From: Candidatus Cloacimonadota bacterium
Lineage (GTDB): Bacteria > Hydrothermota > E44-bin80
Direction: 5' to 3'
NCBI GenBank assembly: GCA_030633565.1
Contig: DAOVSH010000002.1
Coordinates: 1-45,914, forward strand
Length of the DNA stretch: 45,914 nucleotides
Both the position numbers and the translations under genes were made by a program. Below the pieces are notes generated by a model, which worked only from the letters and a program-made list of their open reading frames with translations, was not told where the DNA came from and did not search any database. Within the stretch, counting starts at the first letter, position 1. Every line of letters begins with the position of its first letter. Positions 34,551-44,091 of the stretch are shown here, piece by piece.

Positions 34551-35327
34551 TTATCTGTTTTCTGTCATTCCTATTATCCCGAGGTTTTCTCCTACTCTTT
34601 CCCCTGATTTCCTATATGAGAAGAAGAGGTCATCTCTACTATAAGTACAAATTTCCGGTATAAATATTTTCCCCACGCCACATTCTTTCAACTGGTCCCT
34701 TACAATATTCCATATATTAAGGTAGATGTTTTTTCCCTTTTCAACAAAATATTCCCACCTAAACCTATCAAGTAACTCCACTCCAACTTCATAGCAACAG
34801 GGACCTATAGACGGGCCAAAGAGTGCTTCAATGTCTTCGGCTTTTATGTTAAAAGATGTACAAATTTTCATTACTGCCTTTTTAACAACTCCTTTCTCAG
34901 AACCTCTTCTCCCGGAATGCACCACTCCAATAACTCTCTTAGAGCGTGAATAAAGAAAAACAGCAAGACAATCTGCTGTAAAAACACCAAGAAAGAGACC
35001 TTATTTATCTGTAATCATTCCATCGCCAAATGCTTTGTTAAAAGGCTCCCTTACAATATTTACAATATCTGAATGAATCTGCTTTGTATATACTATATCT
35101 CTTTTATCAAGTGAAATAATATTAAAAAATTTATCTCTATTAAGCTTCACATTTTCTCTATCATCCCCTCTTCCATTATGTAAATTCAACGTATTATAAG
35201 GCGGTGGACTAACTCCGCCAATCCTCGTTGAATAATAAACCTCAACACCTTTCCATTCATCAAATGAAAGGTAACATATATCATTTTTTTCTTTACATCT
35301 CCAGAACCTGAACTCTTTTTTATCCAT
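34551..35327 (-). pseudogene. pgeF: Peptidoglycan editing factor PgeF (YfiH/DUF152 family) interrupted by one in-frame TAA
   Basis: The two track ORFs (35001-35327 and 34551-34925) are in the same frame. Reading through the TAA at 35003-35001 gives ...DGMITDK*GLFLGVFTADCLAVFLYSRSKRVIGVVHSGRRG..., restoring the family motifs QIHSD, TADC, HSGRRG, GPCCYEV and CTYS. Confidence 0.75.
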
Positions 35328-35419
35328 TAATTATTTGCCATAAAAGATCGTTCATCCTGTTAATGAAATTAAAATGCGGAGGACAAATTTCACAGATAAG
35401 CAATGATAACTATTTCGAA

Positions 35420-37096
35420 TTAATAAAGTTTCTCTATCTTCAAGAGATGTAACTGTACTTCTTTCCTGTTCCTGTATTTAGATTCTTTTAAGTGATAAAA
35501 TATAGAATAGACTTTCTTTCCCATCTCTATACTCTTAACTGCATCGGCTTGCCCGAAACCAATAGCTTCAAATACAATATTGTCTTCCCGTACCTTTATT
35601 TTTAAATGATCTTTTCCCACAATTCTTGGATAACCAACAAAATCAACATTCTTAGTTAAAAAAATAGGCTGTGGGTTTCCCACACCAAAAGGTTCAAGCA
35701 TCTTAATTTCTGAAAGTAATATTTTATCTATCTCCTTGAAGGTTAGTTCACAATCGCTTTCTATCGTTTTTACTAAATCCTGTTCTTTTAACTGTTCTCT
35801 TACAATATTGTTAAATGCAGTACGGAAACCTGGAATCATATCTTTGTCAATTGTAATTCCGACAGCATAACGATGTCCGCCATATCTAATCAGATATTCT
35901 TTGCACCTTTCAAGCGCATCGAGAATTGAAAATGATTTTATGCTCCTTCCTGAACCTTTTCCGAATTCACCTGCTGTCGATATTAGAATAGTCGGTCTGG
36001 AATATTTCTCTGCTATTTTTGACGCTGCAATTCCTACGACTCCTTCATGCCAGTCCTCCTTCGCAAGTACAATACCATTGATTCCCTTATCATATTCCTT
36101 CTCTTTAATTATTTCAATGCTTTCTTTCACTACTTTTCCGTGAAGTTCCTGTCTAACCTTGTTTGATTTATCAAGAATCGTTGCATACTCCCATGCGCGT
36201 TCCCTTTCCTCAGTTAGTAATATCTCAACTGTCTTAACAGCAGAATCAAGCCTACCACTTGCATTTAATCGTGGACCCAGGATGAAACCTATCTCGTAAG
36301 CACCGATTGCACCTTTCTTCAATCCAGACCTCTGAATAAGAGCTAAAAGACCGGTTTTTTCTGTCTTATTGAGCATATCAATTCCTTTCTTTGCGAGTAT
36401 CCTATTCTCACCATTTAATGGAACAACATCTGCTATTGTTCCAAGCGCAACAAGGTCAAGATCTCTGAAAATTTCACTTCTTTCTTTCCCTATCTTAAAA
36501 AAAAGTGCATCAATAAGTTTAAATGCTACACCAACACCAGATAATTCCAGATATGGATAATTTTCTCCATCTCTTTTTGGGTTGATGACTGCAAATGCAT
36601 CCAGTAAATTTCTCTTTGGAGTATGGTGGTCGGTAACGATAACATCTATCCCCAACTCTTCAGCAAGTTGGATTTCTTCTACTGCATTTATCCCGCAATC
36701 GACTGTTATTATAAGCTTGAAACCCTCATTTTTTATACTTCTTAGACCTTTCTTTGATAAACCATAACCCTCCTTTAGTCGATGAGGAACATAATAGAAT
36801 GGATGTGAATTACATTTTTGAAGATTTCTCACAAGAAGGGCAATTGAGGAAGTTCCATCAACATCGTAATCTCCATAAATAATAATTGGTTCTTTTCCTC
36901 TTATTGCTCGAATGATTCGATCGGTAGCCTTATCCATATCCCTGAAAAGGAATGGGTCGGAAAGTTTATCCAAAGACGGTGATAAAAAATCCTTTATCTG
37001 CTTAACACTCCTGTATCCTCTATGAATCAAAATTTTAATAATGGGAAGAGAAAGTGAAAGCTTTTTTTGAAGTTCTCTAATGTCCTCGCTCGTCAT
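35420..37096 (-). CDS. recJ: Single-stranded-DNA-specific exonuclease RecJ
   Basis: 558 aa with DHH-family motifs DYDVDGTSS, TVDCG, VTDHH and GGHRYAVG. Confidence 0.92.
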   Translation of the reverse strand: MTSEDIRELQKKLSLSLPIIKILIHRGYRSVKQIKDFLSPSLDKLSDPFLFRDMDKATDRIIRAIRGKEPIIIYGDYDVDGTSSIALLVRNLQKCNSHPFYYVPHRLKEGYGLSKKGLRSIKNEGFKLIITVDCGINAVEEIQLAEELGIDVIVTDHHTPKRNLLDAFAVINPKRDGENYPYLELSGVGVAFKLIDALFFKIGKERSEIFRDLDLVALGTIADVVPLNGENRILAKKGIDMLNKTEKTGLLALIQRSGLKKGAIGAYEIGFILGPRLNASGRLDSAVKTVEILLTEERERAWEYATILDKSNKVRQELHGKVVKESIEIIKEKEYDKGINGIVLAKEDWHEGVVGIAASKIAEKYSRPTILISTAGEFGKGSGRSIKSFSILDALERCKEYLIRYGGHRYAVGITIDKDMIPGFRTAFNNIVREQLKEQDLVKTIESDCELTFKEIDKILLSEIKMLEPFGVGNPQPIFLTKNVDFVGYPRIVGKDHLKIKVREDNIVFEAIGFGQADAVKSIEMGKKVYSIFYHLKESKYRNRKEVQLHLLKIEKLY

Positions 37097-37196
37097 CCTC
37101 GGCTATGTAAAAATTATAACTCCAACCTACTATTTTTAATATCTCTTTACCTCAGCTATTTAATCTGTAACTATCTCTCTAATCTGCGTGCGACTT

Positions 37197-37748
37197 CTAT
37201 TTTTTTAGCATTTTTCTTAATTTCGAAAGTGCAATAGCAGCTTCATAGCCAGTGACATTTTTATCCTTATAGAAGAAACCATCCTTAAGTTTTAAAAACT
37301 CGTTTGAAACAGTAAAAGTTACTGCTTTATATGTATAATCAGAATAGTCAATATCCTTAATGTTATAATTATTCTCGGTCTTACCCTGGAAAAGTGGGAG
37401 GGTTTTTGAAACTTTGAAAAGGATTATTGCGAATTGGAACCTTTTTATCTCATCGACAGGATAAAACTTACCATCGGGAAAATTTTTCATCCAACCAATT
37501 CTGAGGACATCAGCAATATATGGACCTTCTTCTAAACCAATAATATCAAAAATATTGTTATTTTCAACAGGATACATTTCAGGATGTTCTTCAAAAAAAG
37601 GAAGAAGATCATTTAAATAGTAAATTAAAAGAAAGGCTATATCCTTTCTTCTTAGTTTCTCTTGTGTAAGAATATGCAAAAGGTGCTCTTTCTCCCACGC
37701 TTTTTTTAACTGCCCCTGAGTTTGTGGTTTAGTTTTTTTAACAGGCAT
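37197..37748 (-). CDS. SLH-like repeat protein, probable lipoprotein (true start may be upstream)
   Basis: 183 aa from the ATG at 37748. Two SLH-like segments are present (GWMKNFPDGKFYPVDEIKRFQFAIIL; KDGFFYKDKNVTGYEAAIAL). The in-frame upstream codons encode a lipoprotein signal peptide ending in the lipobox ITGC. Confidence 0.55.
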   Translation of the reverse strand: MPVKKTKPQTQGQLKKAWEKEHLLHILTQEKLRRKDIAFLLIYYLNDLLPFFEEHPEMYPVENNNIFDIIGLEEGPYIADVLRIGWMKNFPDGKFYPVDEIKRFQFAIILFKVSKTLPLFQGKTENNYNIKDIDYSDYTYKAVTFTVSNEFLKLKDGFFYKDKNVTGYEAAIALSKLRKMLKK

Positions 37749-37815
37749 ACATCCTGTAATGCATAGAAATAAAATTACAGCAAATTTGGAGAAATAAGCT
37801 TTTGATTTTAAAATT

Positions 37816-38739
37816 TTAATATGTTAAAGTATCCCTTATTATATAATGAATTGGATTAACGGCTTTGTTCAGTATTCTCACCTCATAATGAAGATGATTT
37901 CCTGTTGACATGCCAGTTCTTCCCATTCTTGCAATAATGTCGCCTCTTTTAACGTTCTGACCTACCTCAACAAGTATCTCAAGAAGGTGTCCGTATTTCG
38001 TTTTGAATCCATAACCATGGTCGATAGACACATATCTTCCATAACCTCCCTGCCAACCTGTAAAATCAACTACACCATCTGCTGTGGCATAAATAGGTGT
38101 CCCAGAACCATTTGCTATATCCAACCCCCTGTGGAACTCAACATATCTCTTTATCGGATGTTTTCGATAACCAAAACCAGATGAAATGTACCCATGGGTT
38201 GGCCAAATGGATGGGGTATGCCTCTTAAGATCCAGTATAGATGATAGTTTTTTGTAAACATCTTCATAGGATAATTGCTCGAGGTCAACAAGTTTTTCAG
38301 TAAAGTTAACCTCTCTCACTAAATCGCTTACTACTCGATATGATGACCTGGATAGCTTTCCTCTCAACGTATCAATCTCCGATGGTCCACCAATACCCTT
38401 TACACGTAAATTCCTTTCCAACGGTGACATATCACTTGCATATCTCAATTTATCACCAAAGGAGGAGTATAAAGCTATTTTCCCCTTAAAGGATTCCATT
38501 TCTTCACCAATGTTTTTAAGAGAAGCAATATATCGCTCCTTCACTTTTACCCGGTGTTTGTATTCCCCATACAGGGTTCGTTTTTTTATCCCACCAATTG
38601 TTAGTAATGAAGTAAATAAAACCAAAACAGTAATAAGTGCAAGGAATATATATAGATAGGTATCCTTTAATATAAATTGACGAATGCCACCTTTTGTTAA
38701 TATACTAAAAGTCCAATTGTATCTTCTGAGTCTCTGCAT
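37816..38739 (-). CDS. M23-family (LytM-type) peptidoglycan metalloendopeptidase
   Basis: 307 aa with an N-terminal TM, a coiled region, and HRGLDIA and GNHLHYEV zinc motifs. Confidence 0.88.
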   Translation of the reverse strand: MQRLRRYNWTFSILTKGGIRQFILKDTYLYIFLALITVLVLFTSLLTIGGIKKRTLYGEYKHRVKVKERYIASLKNIGEEMESFKGKIALYSSFGDKLRYASDMSPLERNLRVKGIGGPSEIDTLRGKLSRSSYRVVSDLVREVNFTEKLVDLEQLSYEDVYKKLSSILDLKRHTPSIWPTHGYISSGFGYRKHPIKRYVEFHRGLDIANGSGTPIYATADGVVDFTGWQGGYGRYVSIDHGYGFKTKYGHLLEILVEVGQNVKRGDIIARMGRTGMSTGNHLHYEVRILNKAVNPIHYIIRDTLTY

Positions 38740-38750
38740 ATTTGTTGGCG

Positions 38751-38779
38751 ATATTATACTAAAAAGAAAGAAATGTCAA
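38751..38779 (-). promoter_or_regulatory. sigma70-type promoter of the M23 gene (very short leader)
   Basis: Minus strand TTGACA (38779-38774), 17-nt spacer, TAATAT (38756-38751). Only 11 nt separate the -10 box from the ATG at 38739, and no SD is present. Confidence 0.4.
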
Positions 38780-38890
38780 GTAAAAAACCTGAATATTTTT
38801 AAAAAAAACAAAATTATTGCATTTTTTTGCTAAATCTGCCTTTTTTAATTCCTTTTTCGCATAACTCATCCATATTTTCCCACATACCCC

Positions 38891-39847
38891 TTATTTCCTC
38901 TCTTTTCTTATCCCAAATATAAAAATAACTGCACCTAAAAGACTTACAAACAACGCAATTCCGAAATAGATCATTGAAATAAGAATCGACTGTGACGAAC
39001 CAACTCCTGCAAGGCTAAAAAGATACACACAGAGACTCTCACGTATTCCAATACCATTTGGCGTTAGTGGAATCATACTCCCAATGTTTATCACGGGAAT
39101 GAATGCAAGGAAATAGTAATAAGGTATTGTAACCAGAAGAGCTCTACCGATAAAAAAGAAAATTGTAACAAGAATTACCTGGTATAGAAGAGATAAAAGA
39201 AGTGTTTGGATAAGCGCAGCCTTTTTATCCTTATAATAATACAGCGCATCATAGAGACTTTTAATCTTTTCCCTCAATTTTAAAAGAATTCTCATCCTGA
39301 ATAACCAGGTAAATCCTTTTAATTTTTTTCTTTTCGGAAAGAAAAAGATACCTGCAATAAACAAGATCAAAAGTATAAACAATCCGAAGAATATAAAGAG
39401 AATAAAGCGGTCCCTCAATATAAAAATAGGTAGGAAAAAGACTCCGAGAAGAAGTATCGCAAGAAGTCCAATAACCTTTTCTGAGATGACGGATGCGAAA
39501 CATTCAGCCTTTCTCCCATATATGTTTGAAACATAGACTGCCCTTATCAAATCGAGACCAACTATTGTTGGTAAAAAATTATTAAAGAAAAATCCAACGA
39601 GATAGTATGAAACCGTTTTGTGGAATGGTATTGAAATTGAATGGGCAGAAAGGAGAATTCGCCACCTCAAAGAAATAACTGCAACAGCAGAAAGGAATAA
39701 AAGAATTGAAAGAAAGATAAATAGGGGCTCTATTTGTCTAAGTTTTCCAAGAATTTCAATGGCTCCAACCTTCCAGAAAAGAATTATTAAAAGTCCAAAT
39801 CCAATTACAAATCGCAATACGAATAGAAGGCTTTGTTTATATTTCAC
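38891..39847 (-). CDS. Flippase-like (UPF0104) family membrane protein, third paralogue
   Basis: 318 aa, polytopic, with an IPLTPNGIGIRE motif. 11-nt overlap with the upstream glycosyltransferase gene. Confidence 0.75.
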   Translation of the reverse strand: MKYKQSLLFVLRFVIGFGLLIILFWKVGAIEILGKLRQIEPLFIFLSILLFLSAVAVISLRWRILLSAHSISIPFHKTVSYYLVGFFFNNFLPTIVGLDLIRAVYVSNIYGRKAECFASVISEKVIGLLAILLLGVFFLPIFILRDRFILFIFFGLFILLILFIAGIFFFPKRKKLKGFTWLFRMRILLKLREKIKSLYDALYYYKDKKAALIQTLLLSLLYQVILVTIFFFIGRALLVTIPYYYFLAFIPVINIGSMIPLTPNGIGIRESLCVYLFSLAGVGSSQSILISMIYFGIALFVSLLGAVIFIFGIRKERK

Positions 39848-40946
39848 CTGATAGTCTTTTAGTTAAAATTTCCAGTACCCCTCTCGCTGATTTCTCCCAA
39901 TCAAATTTCTTTGACCATTCAATTGCATTATTTTGCAATCTCTCAAGGAGTTTACTATTCTTTAGCAATTTCTTTATAGATTCAGTTAATATACTTATAT
40001 CCCCGTAAGGATAAAGCAATCCATTAAATCCATCTTTTACCGAATCCCTTAATCCAGGTGAATCTGCTGCAACAACAGGTATACCACACGCATTGCTTTC
40101 TATAACAGTCAGTCCCCAACCTTCTTTTGATGAGGTATTTACAACAATTTCAGATTCCTGAAGTATTCTTACTTTCTCGTTCGCTGAAACAAACCCGGTA
40201 AAATTTACTATACCTTCTATCTTAAGGGAACCTGCAATCCTCTTTAAATCAGGCAGAGCGTCACCATCTCCAACAACAATAACCCTCAATTGAGAAAATT
40301 CATTTCTCAAACGCACAACTGCGTAAAGGAGGTGTTCAATAGTTTTATATTTCTTAATCCTTCCAAGAAATGCAATTTGGAATGCGTTCTTCTTTCCTTT
40401 CCCTGGTTTATACATACTGCGATCTATTCCATTGTAATGTATGAATATCCTTTCCGCAGAAATGCCAGAGGCAACAAGATCATCTTTTGTACTTTCTGAT
40501 ACAACGTCAAAGGGGATATTTCTGTAAACCACGGGTATCATAGATTCTGCTATATAAACATACATTGCAAAGGGAAGAATAGTCTCGGTGAAGATACTTT
40601 TTCCGAAGCGATGATGCAGAATGGCAACTGTCGGGATTTTCATAAACATGGGAGTAAAGAAAGGAATCTTGTTAAGGTCCTCAACAAGAATGTCAATATT
40701 CTCCCTCCCTACTATTTCCCGTATGGCAGAGGGAACAAAGAAATTAAAGTCGTTTCTACTTCCCTTTCGTACAACATGTATCCTATCTACAGTTTCTTCC
40801 TTCTTTGCTCCCGGAAACCCACTTGCCAACAAAGTAACCTTATGTCCCCAAGCTGCAATTCTTCCGAAGATCTCATGAAGATGAACCTCTGCACCACCAG
40901 CATTTGGGTTATGTCTATCCTGCCAGTTTACAATGAGTATATTCAT
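39837..40946 (-). CDS. GT4-family (GT-B) glycosyltransferase
   Basis: EGWGLTVIESNACGIPVVA (E-x7-E) motif. I prefer the ATG at 40946 (MNILIVNWQD) to the track's TTG at 40970, which lies inside the purA terminator T-tract. Confidence 0.8.
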   Translation of the reverse strand: MNILIVNWQDRHNPNAGGAEVHLHEIFGRIAAWGHKVTLLASGFPGAKKEETVDRIHVVRKGSRNDFNFFVPSAIREIVGRENIDILVEDLNKIPFFTPMFMKIPTVAILHHRFGKSIFTETILPFAMYVYIAESMIPVVYRNIPFDVVSESTKDDLVASGISAERIFIHYNGIDRSMYKPGKGKKNAFQIAFLGRIKKYKTIEHLLYAVVRLRNEFSQLRVIVVGDGDALPDLKRIAGSLKIEGIVNFTGFVSANEKVRILQESEIVVNTSSKEGWGLTVIESNACGIPVVAADSPGLRDSVKDGFNGLLYPYGDISILTESIKKLLKNSKLLERLQNNAIEWSKKFDWEKSARGVLEILTKRLSGEI

Positions 40947-40949
40947 AAA

Positions 40950-40996
40950 AACAGAAAAATAAAACAGCAAAAGTAAGGGCGTTCAATCGAACGCCC
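40950..40996 (-). terminator. Rho-independent terminator after purA
   Basis: The minus strand has GGGCGTTC-GATT-GAACGCCC (40996-40977, 8-bp GC-rich stem) followed by TTACTTTTGCTGTTTTATTTTTCTGTTTTT. Confidence 0.65.
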
Positions 40997-41019
40997 CTAC
41001 TAACTTATTTGATAGAAAA

Positions 41020-42294
41020 TTACCATATTTTTTCTTTAACAATTGTCGCATCCCTATCAGGACCAGTTGAAATAATCACAAAATCAACATTTAGTATCTC
41101 TTCCAATCCCTTCAGGTAATCCCTTGCCTCTGAGGGAAGATCCTCTATCTTGTTAATTCCCCGAATATCTTCTTCCCATCCTTTGAATTCTTCATATGTT
41201 GGAACTACCTTAGAAAGCTCATTTGAATATGAAGGAAATGATTGTATTTGTTTTCCTTCTTTTGTTTTATAATCAATACATACTTTGATTGTTTCTATTC
41301 CAGAAAGGCAATCAATCTTTGTAATTGCAATGGATGATACTCCATTCACCATACACGCGTACCTGATCCCAACGGCGTCAAACCAACCACAACTTCGAGG
41401 TCGCCCAGTAGTTGCACCAAACTCATGAGCATTTTCACGGAACTGCTCCTGGAAACCTTTGTCAAACTCGGTTGGGAAAGGTCCCACGCCTACTCTTGTA
41501 GAATAAGCCTTTGCTACCCCAATCACCCGTTTAATCTTTGAGGAAGGAACACCCGTTCCAGTGCATATACCACCAACCGTTGGATTACTTGATGTAACAT
41601 AAGGATAGGTTCCAAAATCAATATCCAGAAGGCATCCCTGGGCACCTTCGAAAAGGACCCTTTTTCCTTTATCTATTTCATTATTTAGAAAAAAAACAGT
41701 ATCAGTAAAGTATTCTCTCAATTCACTGACAATCGTCCGATATTCTTCAAGTATTGATGGTATATTAATCTCATCATCCATTACCTTTTTCGTTTTGAGA
41801 TTGTTCTCTACTAATGCTTCTAATCCTTCAGGGTAAAGCAAATCAGCAATCCTTATTCCTGTTCTTGCATATTTATCCGTATAGGTTGGTCCAACACCCC
41901 TGGAGGTCGTTCCTAATTTCCCCAAACCTTTAATCTTCTCTGTTTTTTTATCTTCTTCTATATGGTAGGGAAATGTCACATGAGCACGCTTACTTATAAA
42001 TAGCCTTCCCTTTACATCAATTCCTTCTTTTTTTAAATTGAGTATCTCTTCGTAAAGACTCCTTAAATCAATAACACAACCATTTCCAATAACGCATTTG
42101 GATTTTTTATTAAATATCCCCGAAGGAATTAAGTGAAGAGGAAGGGGCTTTCCTTTATAGTAAACCGTATGACCAGCATTAGTTCCTCCCTGGTAGCGTA
42201 CAACAACATCTGCTTTTTTACTAATAAGGTCAACAACTTTACCTTTTCCTTCATCTCCCCACAATAATCCAACCACTGCAAGAGTATTCATCAT
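41020..42294 (-). CDS. purA: Adenylosuccinate synthase
   Basis: 424 aa with GDEGKGK, GTNAGHTV, GTTSRGVGP and GATTGRPRSCGW motifs. Confidence 0.93.
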   Translation of the reverse strand: MMNTLAVVGLLWGDEGKGKVVDLISKKADVVVRYQGGTNAGHTVYYKGKPLPLHLIPSGIFNKKSKCVIGNGCVIDLRSLYEEILNLKKEGIDVKGRLFISKRAHVTFPYHIEEDKKTEKIKGLGKLGTTSRGVGPTYTDKYARTGIRIADLLYPEGLEALVENNLKTKKVMDDEINIPSILEEYRTIVSELREYFTDTVFFLNNEIDKGKRVLFEGAQGCLLDIDFGTYPYVTSSNPTVGGICTGTGVPSSKIKRVIGVAKAYSTRVGVGPFPTEFDKGFQEQFRENAHEFGATTGRPRSCGWFDAVGIRYACMVNGVSSIAITKIDCLSGIETIKVCIDYKTKEGKQIQSFPSYSNELSKVVPTYEEFKGWEEDIRGINKIEDLPSEARDYLKGLEEILNVDFVIISTGPDRDATIVKEKIW

Positions 42295-42333
42295 TAACTT
42301 AGTAACTTCATTTTAAGCTGAACTATAGGACAA

Positions 42334-43059
42334 TTAAAAACTATCAAGATAACTTAGTTTTAATATCCTGTTAATACCATCATCTCCTGTTTTTAGAAGA
42401 TTTCTAACATCAAATTCTATCGCTATGTTTGGAGCAAAATAACCTTTTATTCCAAGATTTAGATAACCATCTTCCGCGTATTCTTCAATACCTTCATTAA
42501 AGGCAAAGTCGTAATCAGCAAGGAAACTGTAAATTGATGTTATTGACTTTTCAAATCCCAGAAAAACATTAAGGTTTTTATTACCATCACTGTGCTCAAG
42601 TGAATAGTTAATACCCCCATGAAGGCTTAAATTTCCAATAAATTCAAAATTTTTGCTCACAACACCATAGAATCCTTTTGATTTTATCCTATACCTTCCG
42701 TCAATCTGCGGACCATACCCTTGAGAAGAGAACCCGAGTGCCAAGGCAGGATACAAAAAAGTTTCCTCAAACACCCTATATCTCACCTCCACTCCCGGAT
42801 ACTTATTCCCCACTACAGCACCGTATCCAATAATATGATTACCACCGTAACTTACCCCAATCGAAAAATTATTAGTTATCCCGATATAAATTCCTGCGAG
42901 CACTCCACCTTCTGGCTCCATTCTTGACCTCATTTCATACTGTCCTCTAAAATAATTTCCACAGGTTGGGTTATCAATAAGCATAAAAAGTGGATTCTCA
43001 AACGCTGCAAGAAGATTTATACTAAATAGAAAAAAAATAAAAATGATTGTTTTTTTCAT
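42334..43059 (-). CDS. Small outer-membrane beta-barrel protein (uncharacterised)
   Basis: 241 aa with a signal peptide (MKKTIIFIFFLFSINLLAA), alternating-hydrophobic strands rich in G/Y, and a terminal aromatic residue (...SYLDSF). Confidence 0.6.
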   Translation of the reverse strand: MKKTIIFIFFLFSINLLAAFENPLFMLIDNPTCGNYFRGQYEMRSRMEPEGGVLAGIYIGITNNFSIGVSYGGNHIIGYGAVVGNKYPGVEVRYRVFEETFLYPALALGFSSQGYGPQIDGRYRIKSKGFYGVVSKNFEFIGNLSLHGGINYSLEHSDGNKNLNVFLGFEKSITSIYSFLADYDFAFNEGIEEYAEDGYLNLGIKGYFAPNIAIEFDVRNLLKTGDDGINRILKLSYLDSF

Positions 43060-43084
43060 CTCTATCCTCCATTATGTCATCTTT

Positions 43085-43113
43085 TCCATATCACATTATC
43101 CCTTATATGTCAA
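43085..43113 (-). promoter_or_regulatory. Possible promoter of the OMP gene
   Basis: Minus strand TTGACA (43113-43108), 17-nt spacer, TATGGA (43090-43085; a weak -10). A GGAGGA RBS precedes the ATG at 43059. Confidence 0.3.
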
Positions 43114-43176
43114 CTTTTTTCTTCTCTGATAACACTTTGTATCTTCCAAAATTCAAAACAACTTCAAATTTTTTCC

Positions 43177-43205
43177 TTGACTTTGTTTTATTTATAAGGT
43201 AGTAT
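43177..43205 (+). promoter_or_regulatory. sigma70-type promoter of the zinc-finger gene and secDF
   Basis: TTGACT (43177-43182), 17-nt spacer, TAGTAT (43200-43205). A GGGAGA RBS precedes the ATG at 43230. Confidence 0.4.
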
Positions 43206-43229
43206 GGATAAAAAAGAAGGGAGAATAAA

Positions 43230-44045
43230 ATGACGGTAGAGTGTCCGAAATGCAAGAAAAAATATAATGTAAATGAAGCACTTATTCCAGCTGGTGGCGC
43301 AACAATAAGATGTCCAAGCTGCTTAAATGTATTCACATTATATAAAGAACCTCTTGATATACCCTTAGAACCTATAATTGAAGAAACAGTATCAACGACA
43401 GAAGAAGAAATAATCGTAGAGAAAGAACCGTTTGTATCTCAGGAAGAAGAGCCAGCAGTTACTGTAACATCTGAAAATAGTGGTATAGAAACCAAGATAC
43501 CACCAATTGAAGAAAGAACAAAATTATGGGAGAAACTACAACAGTCATATAAACCTGAAAAAAAAGAGGAACCGATCTCACCTGCCATGGAAGAAGAGCC
43601 AATTGTAACCGAAGAGCCTGCTATTCCTACTCAAACAGAAACTCCTGTGGTAGCTCCAAAAGAAGAGATTCAATCTGTAGAAACCCCTTCTGTAGAGCCT
43701 TTCACTGAAGAAATTCTTACTGAACAAGAACCAAAAGAAGTAACAACAGAGAAAATTACACAAGATACAATGGTTGAAGAGGAAATTATCACAGAAGAGG
43801 ACAAAATTGAAAAAGAGGCTAAAAGACTTGCTCGTTCCCTCGTCAAAGATATTCTTCTTTACCATGGCGATAAAGTTGAGATAGGCTTAAGGCAGGGGAA
43901 TCTTGCTCAACTCATTGGAGACGAGATAAGAAGATCGTGGAAATTTTATAAAGATAACTTCCCACTTGAAAAAACAGGCGGAGTAAATTATTTCAAGAAT
44001 GCTCTGAATGAAATAATTGGTAAAGGGAAACCCATTTTCAAATAG
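43230..44045 (+). CDS. MJ0042-type zinc-finger protein with acidic/Pro-rich linker and conserved C-terminal domain
   Basis: 271 aa. N-terminus CPKCKKKYNV..IRCPSCLNVF fits the MJ0042 finger pattern. A long E/P/T-rich low-complexity middle follows, then a structured ~75-aa C-terminus (AKRLARSLVKDILLYHGDKV...). Confidence 0.65.
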   Translation: MTVECPKCKKKYNVNEALIPAGGATIRCPSCLNVFTLYKEPLDIPLEPIIEETVSTTEEEIIVEKEPFVSQEEEPAVTVTSENSGIETKIPPIEERTKLWEKLQQSYKPEKKEEPISPAMEEEPIVTEEPAIPTQTETPVVAPKEEIQSVETPSVEPFTEEILTEQEPKEVTTEKITQDTMVEEEIITEEDKIEKEAKRLARSLVKDILLYHGDKVEIGLRQGNLAQLIGDEIRRSWKFYKDNFPLEKTGGVNYFKNALNEIIGKGKPIFK

Positions 44046-44091
44046 AAAATTAACACATATTTATGCTTCTTTTTAAAGGGAGGTCCAACTA

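Noticed and set aside
40947-40970. The TTG start at 40970 for the glycosyltransferase (track ORF)
   Set aside because: The extra codons (LFYFSVF) are a translation of the purA terminator T-tract. The ATG at 40946 gives the typical MNILIV... GT4 N-terminus.
43578-43865. A 95-aa minus-strand ORF antisense to the zinc-finger gene, and similar antisense ORFs across the window (e.g. 10324-10746, 11471-11986, 12191-12673, 44790-45194)
   Set aside because: All lie opposite strongly supported genes, lack RBSs and have low-complexity or biased composition.
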